Positions 55,694 through 64,000 of a DNA stretch of 64,000 nt are shown here, one piece after another. Source of the DNA: an uncultured Acidobacteriota bacterium (GTDB taxonomy: Bacteria; Acidobacteriota; Thermoanaerobaculia; Multivoradales; JAGPDF01); NCBI GenBank assembly GCA_963781755.1, contig CAWAGZ010000004.1:143614-207613 (forward strand), in the 5' to 3' direction. Each line of letters starts with the position of its first letter. The stretch's first letter is position 1. The notes beneath the pieces are model-generated. The model did not search any database. It was given only the letters and a program-made list of their open reading frames with translations, and was not told the origin of the DNA. A program made the translations under genes and the position numbers.

Positions 55694-57805
55694 TCAGAAC
55701 TCGAAGCGGAGGCCCGCGTTGTAGGTCTGGGTCTCCAGATCCGCGCGCTGGAACTCGTGGTCGTAGGCGACGAACAGGCTGCCCCAGAGGAACTGGAAGC
55801 GCAGCGCCGCCGACGCGGTCAGCCAGTCGCGGTCGGGCGGATCGGTGAAGACGAAGAACGAGGAGCCGGCGGCGGTGTCGCCGAGGAACCGGGCCCGGAC
55901 CTGTTGGGCGTCGTGGTCGAACTCGTGGGACCAGGTCACGGTGAGCTGGGGGATGACGAGGCCGTGCGCGACCGAGATCGCCTTGCCCCAGTCGAGGCCC
56001 GCCTCGCCGAGCAGCGAGTCGAGCCGCTGCTGCGCGACCTCGAGGCCGAAGTCCACCGGTCCGAAGCCGCTGCCCGGGATCGTGGCCACGGCGCCGGTCT
56101 CGCGGAAGCCGTCGATCGACGCCCGCGCCCAGCTGCCGCGGCCGAAGCAGGTGAGCGATCCGGCCCGCCCGTCGAGCGAGCGGCCGACCTCGACCGTCGA
56201 GGCGAGCTGGTCGCCGTCGAACCGGGCGCGCGCCTCGAGGGGTCCGACCACCGGCAACGCCACGCTCCGGTGCTGGTCGAAGCTCGTCTGCCCGTAGGTG
56301 GCGGTGAGCTGGGCGTAGCCCTTCTCGCCCTCGTGGATGGCGTAGAGGGTGACCGCGAGCGAGTCGCCGTCGAGCGACCCTCCGCCGCCCCTTAGATCCG
56401 TCGTGTTGCGCAGGCCCGAGAGCGCGAAGCCGAGGAACCCGTTGGCGCCGACCGCGTGGTCGAATCCGAGCGTCGCCCCCTTGGTGTCGAAGTCGAAGCC
56501 GGTCTCCTCGGTGCCGTCGACGCGGTGGCCGCGCGTCAGGCGTCCGGTGACGAAGAATCCCCAGGGGCGCTCGCGACGTGGCGCGACCTCGGGAGCGTCT
56601 CCGGTCGCGTCGTCGCCGGCGCCGGGGGACTCCTGGGCGCCGGCGTCGAGCCCGGCGTAGAGGCGGGCGAAAGAGCGGTCCAGCCGGCTCGAGAACAGCT
56701 CGTGCCGGGCTCCCGCCTCGCGCGCGCTCGACAAGGTCCCGTTGGAGATCCCGACGCCGTCGATCTGGAGCGCGATCTGGCCGGCCGCGCCGCGCAGACC
56801 GCCGCCGCGCAAGGCGGCCAGGCGCGACTGGATCGATCCCGTCTGCTGCTCGATCCCCGCCAGCGCGGTGGTCGACTGCGAGCCGAGCCCGGTGTTGGTC
56901 AGCGCGCGCACGGCGTCGGCGCGCTGCGTCCGGTCCTCCAGGGTCCCGGTCATGTAGACGCACAGCGGCGTCGGGAGCGGCTCGGCGCGTTGATTGCCCT
57001 GGCCGTCGACGAAGACGTCGCGGCAGACCTGGTCGAGCGCTTCGCCGGCGGTGCGGTAGGTGTTGCGCTCCGGCGTCAGGGCGCCCAGGCTGGCGACCTC
57101 GAGGGTGAACAGGATCGAGTCCGGAGTGACGTTGTCCTGGGCGCCCGGGATGCTGGCGCGGATCTCGACGCGGCCCGCGGTGGAGAAGCCGTAGGAGGCG
57201 CTGGCGACGCCGGTGTCGTCGGTGAGCACGGTCTGATCGCTGCGGCCGACGCCCGGCGAGCCCGGGGAAGACTCGACGGCGAAGCGGACCCCGACGCCGG
57301 CGGCGGGGCGGCCGCCGGCGTAGGTCACGACCACGGCGAGATCGTCGCGGTCGCCGAGCACCAGGGATCGATCGGTGGCTCCGACCGCGGCGAGCAGGAG
57401 CTGGGAGGACGGGCCGGGCCCGGGCGCTGCGGGCGTGCTGACGACGGTGAAGCGCACCGGCGGCAGCGTGGCGAAGCTCGCCTCGATCGCGGTGGTGCCC
57501 GATTGGGGGAAGTGGAACCGGGCGACGGCGACGCCGTTCGAGTTGGTGTAGGACATCGACGGGCCATAGGCGCCGGCGTCGCTGCTGACCACCCGCCAGT
57601 CGATCGGCTGGTTGTCGATGGGGATGCCCACGGCCTCCAGACGGACCCGCAGCTGCAGGGCTCCTCCGGCGGAGACGGACGGGCTCGCGGAGCTCACCGC
57701 GGTGAGCTGGGTGACCTGCTGCGCCGCGGCGGGCGACACCGTCGCCAGCAGCGCGACGGCGAGCAGGAAACCGGTCAACGGGCGGGCGGTCGGGTCGGTG
57801 CGCAT
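55694..57805 (-). CDS. autotransporter-type outer-membrane protein with N-terminal Ig-like (Big_1-like) passenger
   Basis: 703 aa. Signal peptide MRTDPTARPLTGFLLAVALLATVSPAAAQQ. Ig-like repeats (...IDWRVVSSDAG...NSNGVAVARFHF..., ...GVRFAVESSPG...TDDTGVASASYGF...). C-terminal ~300 aa beta-barrel ending YNAGLRFEF. Confidence 0.75.
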   Translation of the reverse strand: MRTDPTARPLTGFLLAVALLATVSPAAAQQVTQLTAVSSASPSVSAGGALQLRVRLEAVGIPIDNQPIDWRVVSSDAGAYGPSMSYTNSNGVAVARFHFPQSGTTAIEASFATLPPVRFTVVSTPAAPGPGPSSQLLLAAVGATDRSLVLGDRDDLAVVVTYAGGRPAAGVGVRFAVESSPGSPGVGRSDQTVLTDDTGVASASYGFSTAGRVEIRASIPGAQDNVTPDSILFTLEVASLGALTPERNTYRTAGEALDQVCRDVFVDGQGNQRAEPLPTPLCVYMTGTLEDRTQRADAVRALTNTGLGSQSTTALAGIEQQTGSIQSRLAALRGGGLRGAAGQIALQIDGVGISNGTLSSAREAGARHELFSSRLDRSFARLYAGLDAGAQESPGAGDDATGDAPEVAPRRERPWGFFVTGRLTRGHRVDGTEETGFDFDTKGATLGFDHAVGANGFLGFALSGLRNTTDLRGGGGSLDGDSLAVTLYAIHEGEKGYAQLTATYGQTSFDQHRSVALPVVGPLEARARFDGDQLASTVEVGRSLDGRAGSLTCFGRGSWARASIDGFRETGAVATIPGSGFGPVDFGLEVAQQRLDSLLGEAGLDWGKAISVAHGLVIPQLTVTWSHEFDHDAQQVRARFLGDTAAGSSFFVFTDPPDRDWLTASAALRFQFLWGSLFVAYDHEFQRADLETQTYNAGLRFEF

Positions 57806-57876
57806 CGCGACCTCCTGGGGTGCGCCACGAGCCTCTTCGAGAGGCGCCGGCGTCGGTGACGACGTTTCCGGCGAGT

Positions 57877-58431
57877 CTAGCAGTCCGGCGCGTCGGCCCG
57901 CGCGGCCGCGAAATCCGGCCAGCTGCGGTCGCGCTGCGAGACGACGAGGACCGGCTGCGGCCAGGCGATGGCGAAGGCGGGGTCGTCCCAGCGCGCGCCG
58001 CGGCCGGCCTCCGGGAGGTAGAACTCCGACATCTGGTAGTGCACCTCGCAGCCGTCCTCGAGGGTGAGGAAGCCGTGGGCGAAGCCGGGCGGGATCACCA
58101 GAGCTTCACGGCCGTCGGCCGAGAGCACGACGCCGACGCTGCGCCGGAAGGTGGCGGACTCCGGACGGACGTCGACCACGACGTCGTGGACGCGTCCGCG
58201 CACGCACCGGACGATTTTGGTCTCGGCGTGGGGTGCCGCTTGCCAGTGCAGGCCGCGCAGGGTCCCGCGGCGCGGGTTCCAGGACAGGCTGCTCTGCGCC
58301 ACGCGGACGTCGACCCCGGCGGCCGCCAGCTCGCGGGCGCAGAACGTGCGGGCGAAGAAGCCGCGCTCGTCGGCGACCGGCTCGACGGCGAGCAGGAAGA
58401 CTCCGGGCAGCTCGAGCTCGGTCAGCTTCAC
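57877..58431 (-). CDS. dTDP-4-dehydrorhamnose 3,5-epimerase family (RmlC-like cupin)
   Basis: 184 aa, GTG start. ELPGVFLLAVEPVADERGFFARTF...LRGLHWQ...KIVRCVRGRVHDVVVDVR...IPPGFAHGF. Confidence 0.88.
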   Translation of the reverse strand: MKLTELELPGVFLLAVEPVADERGFFARTFCARELAAAGVDVRVAQSSLSWNPRRGTLRGLHWQAAPHAETKIVRCVRGRVHDVVVDVRPESATFRRSVGVVLSADGREALVIPPGFAHGFLTLEDGCEVHYQMSEFYLPEAGRGARWDDPAFAIAWPQPVLVVSQRDRSWPDFAAARADAPDC

Positions 58432-58441
58432 CGCGGCGGCC

Positions 58442-59743
58442 TCAGGGCAGGACCGTGACCTCGGGGATCGCGACGACGAATCGCCCGCCCCATTCGCGGA
58501 TCCCGGCCATCTGCTCCGCGATCTCGTCGCGCAGGTTCCAGGGCAGGATCAGGACGTAGTCGGGCCGCGCCTCGAAGATCGCCTCGGGGGCGCGGATCGG
58601 AATCCGGGTCCCGGGCAGGAAGCGTCCCTGCTTGTGGGGGCTGCGGTCGACCGTGAAGTCGAGGAAGTCGGTGCGCACGCCGCAGTAGTTGAGCAGGGTG
58701 TTGCCCTTGGCCGGCGCGCCGTAGCCGACGACGCTCCTGCCCGACCGGCGCGCTTCGATCAGGAACTCCAGCAGACGGCGCTTGGTCTCGCGGACCTTCT
58801 CGGCGAAGGCGTCGTACCACGCCGCCGTCTCGACGCCGAGGCGGCGCTCGCGCTCGGCCAGCTCGCGCACGCGCCCGGCGGCGGGGCGGCGGTCGGCCGG
58901 GCCCGGGTCGCCGGCGCGCCGGGCGTAGACGCGCAGCGAGCCGCCGTGGGTCGGCAGCTCCTCGACGTCGAAGAGCTCCAGGCCGTGGGCGGCGAAGACG
59001 CGCTCGACCGCGACCAGGGAGAAGTAGGAGAAGTGCTCGTGGTAGATGGTGTCGAACTGGTTCTCCTCGACCAGCCGCACCAGGTGCGGGAACTCCATCG
59101 TCAGCACGCCGGTCGGCGCCAGCAGGAGCGCCAGACCGGCGACGAAATCGTCGAGGTCCGGAACGTGCGCGAGCACGTTGTTGCCGAGCAGCAGGTCGGC
59201 GGACAGACCGCGCTCGACCAGCTCGCGCGCCGCCGCGGCGCCGAAGAACCGGACCTCGGTCGGGATCCCCAGCTCGCGCGCCGCGGCCGCGACGTTGGCC
59301 GCCGGCTCGATGCCCAGCACCGGCACGCCGCGCTCGTGGAAGTGGCGGAGCAGGTAGCCGTCGTTGGAGGCGATCTCGACGACGCGGCTCGCGCTGCCGA
59401 TGCCGAAGCGTTCGATCATGGCTTCGGTGTAGCGCCGGGCGTGCTCGACCCAGGTGGTCGAGTAGGAGGAGAAGTAGGCGTAATCGGTGAAGATCTCCTC
59501 CGGGGTCGCGGCCTCGGGGAGCTGGCACAGCCAGCAGCGCTCGCAGACGTAGACGCAGAGCGGGTAGAACGGCTCGGCGCGGGCCATCCGGGCGGGCTCG
59601 AGGTAGGAGTTGGCCAGCGGCGAGCTGCCCAGGTCGACGAACACCCGATCGAGCGGCGCCGAACAGGAGCGGCAGGTTCTCGTCGCGGCGTCGAGCGCCG
59701 GGGTCGAGGGCTCGGGAGTGGCCGCCGTGGGACTCTGACTCAT
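58442..59743 (-). CDS. NDP-hexose C-methyltransferase family (class I SAM MTase with N-terminal Zn ribbon; TylCIII-like)
   Basis: 433 aa. Cys pairs CRSCSAPL...CERCWLCQL. SAM motif VVEIASNDGYLL. C-terminal C-methyltransferase-type domain (GYGAPAKGNTLLNYCG...DRSPHKQGRFLPGTRIPI). Confidence 0.85.
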   Translation of the reverse strand: MSQSPTAATPEPSTPALDAATRTCRSCSAPLDRVFVDLGSSPLANSYLEPARMARAEPFYPLCVYVCERCWLCQLPEAATPEEIFTDYAYFSSYSTTWVEHARRYTEAMIERFGIGSASRVVEIASNDGYLLRHFHERGVPVLGIEPAANVAAAARELGIPTEVRFFGAAAARELVERGLSADLLLGNNVLAHVPDLDDFVAGLALLLAPTGVLTMEFPHLVRLVEENQFDTIYHEHFSYFSLVAVERVFAAHGLELFDVEELPTHGGSLRVYARRAGDPGPADRRPAAGRVRELAERERRLGVETAAWYDAFAEKVRETKRRLLEFLIEARRSGRSVVGYGAPAKGNTLLNYCGVRTDFLDFTVDRSPHKQGRFLPGTRIPIRAPEAIFEARPDYVLILPWNLRDEIAEQMAGIREWGGRFVVAIPEVTVLP

Positions 59744-59847
59744 CGCGGGAAGCCCCGTCGGGTGTGGCCGGGGCGGGCGCGCCGGATGGTATCACCGGGC
59801 TGCGGAGGTCGCCGCCGGCTGTGCTAGCTTTCCCGGCGGGGAATCCG

Positions 59848-60099
59848 ATGCCCGTCGACCCTGAGCTGCTGGAGATCCTGGTCTGTCCGAAGAGCCGCGG
59901 GCGGCTCGAGCTGGTCGAGCTGCCGGTGGAGCTCCGCGGCCGCCTGGTCGATCGCTACCGCGAGCACTTCCGCGACGAGGCCCCGGTCGTCGAGCAGGGG
60001 CTCTACTGCGCGGACTCCTCGCTGGTCTACCCGATCGTCTCGGACATCCCCGTGCTGCTCGTCGAAGAGGCCCTGCCGGCCTCGGAGATCGGGCGGTGA
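59848..60099 (+). CDS. Trm112 family protein (UPF0434)
   Basis: ORF 59764..60099 trimmed to ATG 59848. MPVDPELLEILVCPKSRGRLEL...LVYPIVSDIPVLLVEEA. Confidence 0.85.
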   Translation: MPVDPELLEILVCPKSRGRLELVELPVELRGRLVDRYREHFRDEAPVVEQGLYCADSSLVYPIVSDIPVLLVEEALPASEIGR

Positions 60100-60130
60100 G
60101 GCCGGTCGTCCGCGGCCGCCTGCTCGCCGG

Positions 60131-61388
60131 GTGACGAACACCGAAGCTCCCGCAGAGTCTCCATCGACGCGATTCGACCGCGAACGGACCCGGTTCGCGC
60201 TCTACGCGGCGCCGCTGCTCACGACCTGGGCGCTCGCCGTCTCCAACACGCTGTTCGCCGTCATGCTTCTCGCCATGCCCTGGCTGGGCACGGCGCGACC
60301 GCCGGTCGGGCGCGGCGCGCGCCGGGCGATCGGCTTCGCCGCCGCCTATCTGGTGCTCCTCGTCGGGGCGGTCGCAGCGTCGCGGGACGTCGCCGAGAGC
60401 TTCTGGTCGCTGTCCGAGATCCTGCGCTTCGCCACCTTCTTCCTGGCGCTGCTCTGGTTGCGCCGGACCGATCGGGTGCGCTGGCTGGTGGATGCGCTGG
60501 TGCTGGTCGGGGCCGCGGTCGCGGTCTCCGGTCTGGGGCAGATCCTGCTCGGCTACGGCGGCATCGACCGCAGGATCCGCGGCCCGTTCTCTCACTACAT
60601 GACCTTCGCCGGCACGCTGCTGCTGCTCGATCTCCTCCTGGTTTCGCGCATGCTCCTGCGGCGCGGCGGGGGCGCGGGCCGCGGGCCGACGGCCTGGCTC
60701 GATCATCCGGTCGCGGCGTGGGCCGCTCTCGGCCTGATCAACCTGGCGCTGATCGTCAGCCTGACGCGCAGCGCGTGGCTGGCGCTGGTGGCGTCGCTGG
60801 CGGGGGTGCTCGCGGTCGTGCGACCGCGTCTCCTGCTGCTCGCGCTGCCGCTGGCGGCGGTCTTTCGTCGTGCTCGCCCCCGAGCCGCTCATCCAACGCG
60901 TGCTGTCGATCTCCCACGTGGCCGACGACTCGAACTACGATCGCATCGTCATGGCCGAAGCCGGGGCGCGGATGGTCGGCGAGCGGCCGCTGCTCGGCAT
61001 CGGGCCGGACATGGTCCGTCGCTACTATCCCGTCTATCGCGATCCGAGCGCGCCGCGTCTGCTCACTCCCCACCTCCACGACGCCTACGTCGAGCTGGCC
61101 GCCGAGCGGGGGCTGCCGGCCCTGATCTGCTACCTCGGCCTGCTCGGCACCTCGGGCTGGGCCGCGTGGCGGGGATTCCGCAGGGAGCGGGAGAGCGGCA
61201 GCGGGCGCGCGGACCTCCACCTCGGGGCGCTCGCCGCGCTGACCGGCTTCTCGATCGCGGCGCTGTTCGAGAACAACTGGGGCGACACCGAGGTTCAGCG
61301 CCTGGTGCTCTTCCTGCTCGCCGTTCCGTTCTGCCTCGAAGCCGGAGCAGCGGAGGCCGGACCCGCCGCCGGGGAGGATCCGGGGTGA
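60131..61388 (+). pseudogene. O-antigen ligase family (Wzy_C) membrane protein, reading frame broken by a single-base insertion at about 60863-60866
   Basis: The first frame reads ...LINLALIVSLTRSAWLALVASLAGVLAVVRPRLLLLALPLAAVF, then degenerates. The next frame (ORF 60870..61388) continues VVLAPEPLIQRVLSISHVADDSNYDRIVMAEAGARMVGERPLLGIGPDMV...HLHDAYVELAAERGLPAL. The junction gtc-ttt-c-gtc-gtg sits at a T run. Length is 1258 nt, i.e. 3n+1. Confidence 0.8.
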
Positions 61389-62290
61389 CGGTCTCCGGGC
61401 GAGAGTTCGCCGACTTCCTGGGCGTGGCCAGAGGCGCGGTCGAGAGCGAGCTCGAGCGATTGCTGCCGGCGGTCGCCCAGCGCCCGGCACGGCTCCACGA
61501 GGCCATGAGATACAGCGTGTTCGCCGGCGGGAAGCGGCTGCGACCGGCGCTCGTGCTGCTGGCGGGCGAGCGCTTCGGCGCGCCCCGGGAGCGGTTGCTC
61601 GCGGGCGCCGCCGCGGTCGAGATGGTCCACACCTACAGCCTGATCCACGACGACCTGCCGGCGCTCGACGACGACGACCTGCGCCGGGGCAAGCCGACGC
61701 TGCACCGGCGCTACGACGAGGCGACCGCGATCCTCGCGGGCGACGCGCTGCTGACGCTCGGGCTGACCTGCCTGGGCGCGGAGCCGCAGGGGGTGGACGG
61801 CGCGACGCGCGCCGGCGCCGTGGCCCTGATCGGCGGCGCGATCGGGACCGCAGGGATGATCGGCGGGCAGGTCGAGGACATGGAGGCCGAAGCGGCCTGG
61901 CCCGGGGACCCGGGGGCGGCGCTCGAGAGGATCCACCGCGGCAAGACCGGGGCGCTGCTGACCGGCTGCCTGCGGCTCGGGGGCCTCTACGCGGGGTGCG
62001 GGCGGGCCGAGGACGAGCTGCTGCGGAGCCTCGGGGAGCGGGTCGGCCTGCTGTTCCAGATCCGCGACGACCTGCTCGACGTCGAAGGCACGGCGGGCGA
62101 GCTCGGCAAGACTCCGGGCAAGGACGCCCGCGCCGCTAAGCTCACCTACCCCGGACTTTACGGCGTCGGCGAGAGCCGCTCGCGGGTCCGGGCCCTGGCC
62201 GGCGAGGCGAGAGCCCTCGCCGAGGCGCTGCCGGGCGATGCTAAGCTACTGACTTCGTTGATCGTTTTCCTCTCCGAACGAACCTCCTAG
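61385..62290 (+). CDS. ispA: (2E,6E)-farnesyl/geranylgeranyl diphosphate synthase (polyprenyl synthetase)
   Basis: In-frame C-terminal part of ORF 60131..62290. GTG 61385 overlaps the upstream stop (GTGA). FARM motif LIHDDLPALDDDDLRRG. SARM motif FQIRDDLLD. Directly upstream of dxs. Confidence 0.9.
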   Translation: MTVSGREFADFLGVARGAVESELERLLPAVAQRPARLHEAMRYSVFAGGKRLRPALVLLAGERFGAPRERLLAGAAAVEMVHTYSLIHDDLPALDDDDLRRGKPTLHRRYDEATAILAGDALLTLGLTCLGAEPQGVDGATRAGAVALIGGAIGTAGMIGGQVEDMEAEAAWPGDPGAALERIHRGKTGALLTGCLRLGGLYAGCGRAEDELLRSLGERVGLLFQIRDDLLDVEGTAGELGKTPGKDARAAKLTYPGLYGVGESRSRVRALAGEARALAEALPGDAKLLTSLIVFLSERTS

Positions 62291-62306
62291 AGGACGGCAG
62301 CGACCC

Positions 62307-64000
62307 ATGAGCCTGCTCGATCGAGTCCACACGCCCGCGGACCTGCGCAAGCTGGCGCCGGAGGAGCTCGTACCGCTCGCCGACGAGCTGCGGGAGGAGA
62401 TCGTCCGCTGCGTCTCGCAGACCGGCGGCCACTTCTCGTCCAACCTCGGCTCGGTCGAGATCACGATCGCCCTGCACTACCTGTTCGACACGCCCCGCGA
62501 TCTGCTCGTCTGGGACGTCGGGCACCAGACCTATCCCCACAAGATCCTGACCGGGCGGCGCGATCGGATGCACACGCTGCGGCAGTACGGTGGTTTGTCG
62601 GGATTCTGCATGCGCCAGGAATCGGAGTACGACGTCATCGCGGCGGGGCATGCCTCGACTTCCATCTCGGCGGCGCTGGGTCTCGCCGTGGCCCGCGATC
62701 TGCGGGGAGAGTCCCACCACGTCGTGGCGATCATCGGCGACGGCTCGATGACCGCCGGCATGGCCTTCGAGGCGATGAACCAGGCCGGACACCTGGGCAG
62801 CCGCCTGATCGTCGTCCTCAACGACAACTCGATGTCGATCAGCCCGTCGGTCGGGGCGCTGACCAAGTACCTCGAGGCCCTGATGGCCGGGCGGCACTAC
62901 GCCAAGCTGAAGGACGACGTCAAGAAAGTGCTGCACCGGATCCCGGGCCTGGGCGACCCGATGGTCGAGGTCGCGCGCGGCCTCGAGGAGGGCGTCCGCC
63001 AGGTGTTCACGCCGGGCACCCTGTTCGAGGAGCTGGGGTTCCGCTACGTCGGACCGGTCAACGGCCACTCGGTTCCGGCGCTGCTCACCGCTCTCGAGGA
63101 GGCGAAGGGGATCGAGGGGCCGGTGCTGGTGCACGCGATCACGAAGAAGGGCAAGGGCTACAAGTACGCCGAGGAGGAGCCGGTCCAGTACCACGGACCC
63201 TCGCCGTTCGACCCGGTGGCCGGGATCCAGAAGGGCAAGTCGACTTCGGCGCCGAGCTACACCTCGGTGTTCGGCAAGGCGATCGTCCAGCTGGCGGAGC
63301 ACGATCCCCGGATCGTCGCGATCACGGCGTCGATGCCGGACGGCACGGGGCTGGTGCCCTTTTCCGAGAAGTTCCCGAACCGGTTCCTGAACACGGGGAT
63401 CGCCGAGCAGCACTCGGTGACGCTCGCCGCGGGCCTGGCGCTGGGCGGCATGAGGCCGGTGGTGGCGATCTACTCGAGCTTCCTGCAGCGGGGGTTCGAC
63501 CAGATCTTCCACGACGTCTGCCTGATGGACGCGCCGGTGGTGTTCGCGCTCGACCGCGGCGGGATCGCGGGCAACGACGGCTGGACGCACCACGGCGTGT
63601 TCGACTACGCGTACTTCCGGATCTTCCCGAACACGATCGTCATGGCGCCGAAGGACGAGAACGAGCTGCAGCACATGCTCGCCACGGCGCTCGAGCAGCA
63701 GCACCCGACCGCGCTGCGGTATCCGCGCGGCGCCGGCGTCGGCGTGCCGCTCGACGCCGAGTTCCACCAGCTCCCGGTGGGCAAGGCCGAGGTGATGCGG
63801 CGGGGGCGGCACGGCGTGGTGTGGGCGATCGGCGCGATGGTGCACCCGGCGCTCGAGGCCGTCGAGCGACTGGCCAAGGAAGGGATCGAGCTGGGGCTGG
63901 TCAACGCGCGGTTCGTCAAGCCGCTCGACCGCGAGCTGCTCAAGAGCCAGCTCGAGCAGCTCGGCGTGCCCGGCGCCCGGATCGTCACGGTCGAGGAGCA
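62307..64000 (+). CDS. dxs: 1-deoxy-D-xylulose-5-phosphate synthase (partial; continues past window end)
   Basis: Not in the ORF track because there is no stop in the window. My translation from ATG 62307 gives MSLLDRVHTPADLRKLAPEELVPLADELREEIVRCVSQTGGHFSSNLGSVEITIALHYLFDTPRDLLVWDVGHQTYPHKILTGRRDRM...IGDGSMTAGMAFEAMNQAG. Confidence 0.95.
   Translation, partial: MSLLDRVHTPADLRKLAPEELVPLADELREEIVRCVSQTGGHFSSNLGSVEITIALHYLFDTPRDLLVWDVGHQTYPHKILTGRRDRMHTLRQYGGLSGFCMRQESEYDVIAAGHASTSISAALGLAVARDLRGESHHVVAIIGDGSMTAGMAFEAMNQAGHLGSRLIVVLNDNSMSISPSVGALTKYLEALMAGRHYAKLKDDVKKVLHRIPGLGDPMVEVARGLEEGVRQVFTPGTLFEELGFRYVGPVNGHSVPALLTALEEAKGIEGPVLVHAITKKGKGYKYAEEEPVQYHGPSPFDPVAGIQKGKSTSAPSYTSVFGKAIVQLAEHDPRIVAITASMPDGTGLVPFSEKFPNRFLNTGIAEQHSVTLAAGLALGGMRPVVAIYSSFLQRGFDQIFHDVCLMDAPVVFALDRGGIAGNDGWTHHGVFDYAYFRIFPNTIVMAPKDENELQHMLATALEQQHPTALRYPRGAGVGVPLDAEFHQLPVGKAEVMRRGRHGVVWAIGAMVHPALEAVERLAKEGIELGLVNARFVKPLDRELLKSQLEQLGVPGARIVTVEE

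Noticed and set aside
53505-56963. 1152-aa minus-strand ORF treated as one large kinase
   Set aside because: The first ~425 aa overlap the autotransporter beta-barrel gene in another frame and are Arg/Pro-rich. The autotransporter frame ends in a canonical ...RFEF terminus at 55694, so the kinase must start after it.
60131-62290. 719-aa ORF as an O-antigen ligase/IspA fusion protein
   Set aside because: The middle ~170 aa are out-of-frame Arg-rich sequence. The ligase C-terminus is in ORF 60870..61388, and IspA has its own GTG at 61385 overlapping that stop.

Overview
Very GC-rich bacterial chromosomal segment (about 70% G+C by eye, codons strongly GC3-biased). It is densely coding on both strands. 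I call 49 protein-coding genes, three of them interrupted by single-base frameshifts. I found no rRNA, tRNA, CRISPR array, transposase, integrase or phage genes. The high GC produces many long shadow ORFs in the six-frame track, including 900-1800 aa artefacts. I therefore chose genes by recognisable motifs, signal peptides, Shine-Dalgarno sites and start/stop coupling. Gene content (VWFA-type protein, CRTAC1-family proteins, tricorn protease homologue) suggests an Acidobacteriota-like organism, but that is inference only.

Layout:
- 1-9.2 kb: uncharacterised extracytoplasmic cluster with a membrane-anchored pentaheme cytochrome c-TPR fusion, two CRTAC1 (FG-GAP + ASPIC/UnbV) proteins and two further TPR proteins.
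- 9.2-10.1 kb: secreted protein with an Arg/Asp/Tyr repeat tail.
- 11.6-14.2 kb: SahR-like regulator with an AT-rich palindrome, followed by ahcY.
- 14.3-19.6 kb: DCC/DUF1820 pair and a MacB-type ABC exporter.
- 19.9-22.8 kb: outer-membrane barrel, GNAT and PAP2 operon.
- 22.8-32.1 kb (minus strand): aldehyde dehydrogenase, reductase, Zn-ADH (frameshifted), tricorn protease (frameshifted), quinone oxidoreductase and rmuC.
- 32.9-33.2 kb: REP/BIME-like inverted palindrome pair.
- 33.2-37.2 kb: kbl-tdh, a hydrolase and sufT.
- 37.3-41.4 kb: prolyl oligopeptidase and a VWA protein.
- 42.3-51.4 kb: glycan-type cluster with two paralogous sulfatase-fold lipoproteins that lack the formylglycine motif.
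- 51.5-57.8 kb: exported Sel1/coiled-coil/caspase protein lying tail-to-tail with an autotransporter and membrane Ser/Thr kinase operon.
- 57.9-64 kb: deoxysugar C-methylation genes, Trm112, O-antigen ligase (frameshifted), ispA and dxs (partial).

The best candidates for undescribed biology are the cytochrome/CRTAC1/TPR cluster and the Sel1-caspase/kinase/autotransporter neighbourhood. After those come the sulfatase-fold paralogue pair, the R/D/Y-tail protein and the palindromic repeat element.
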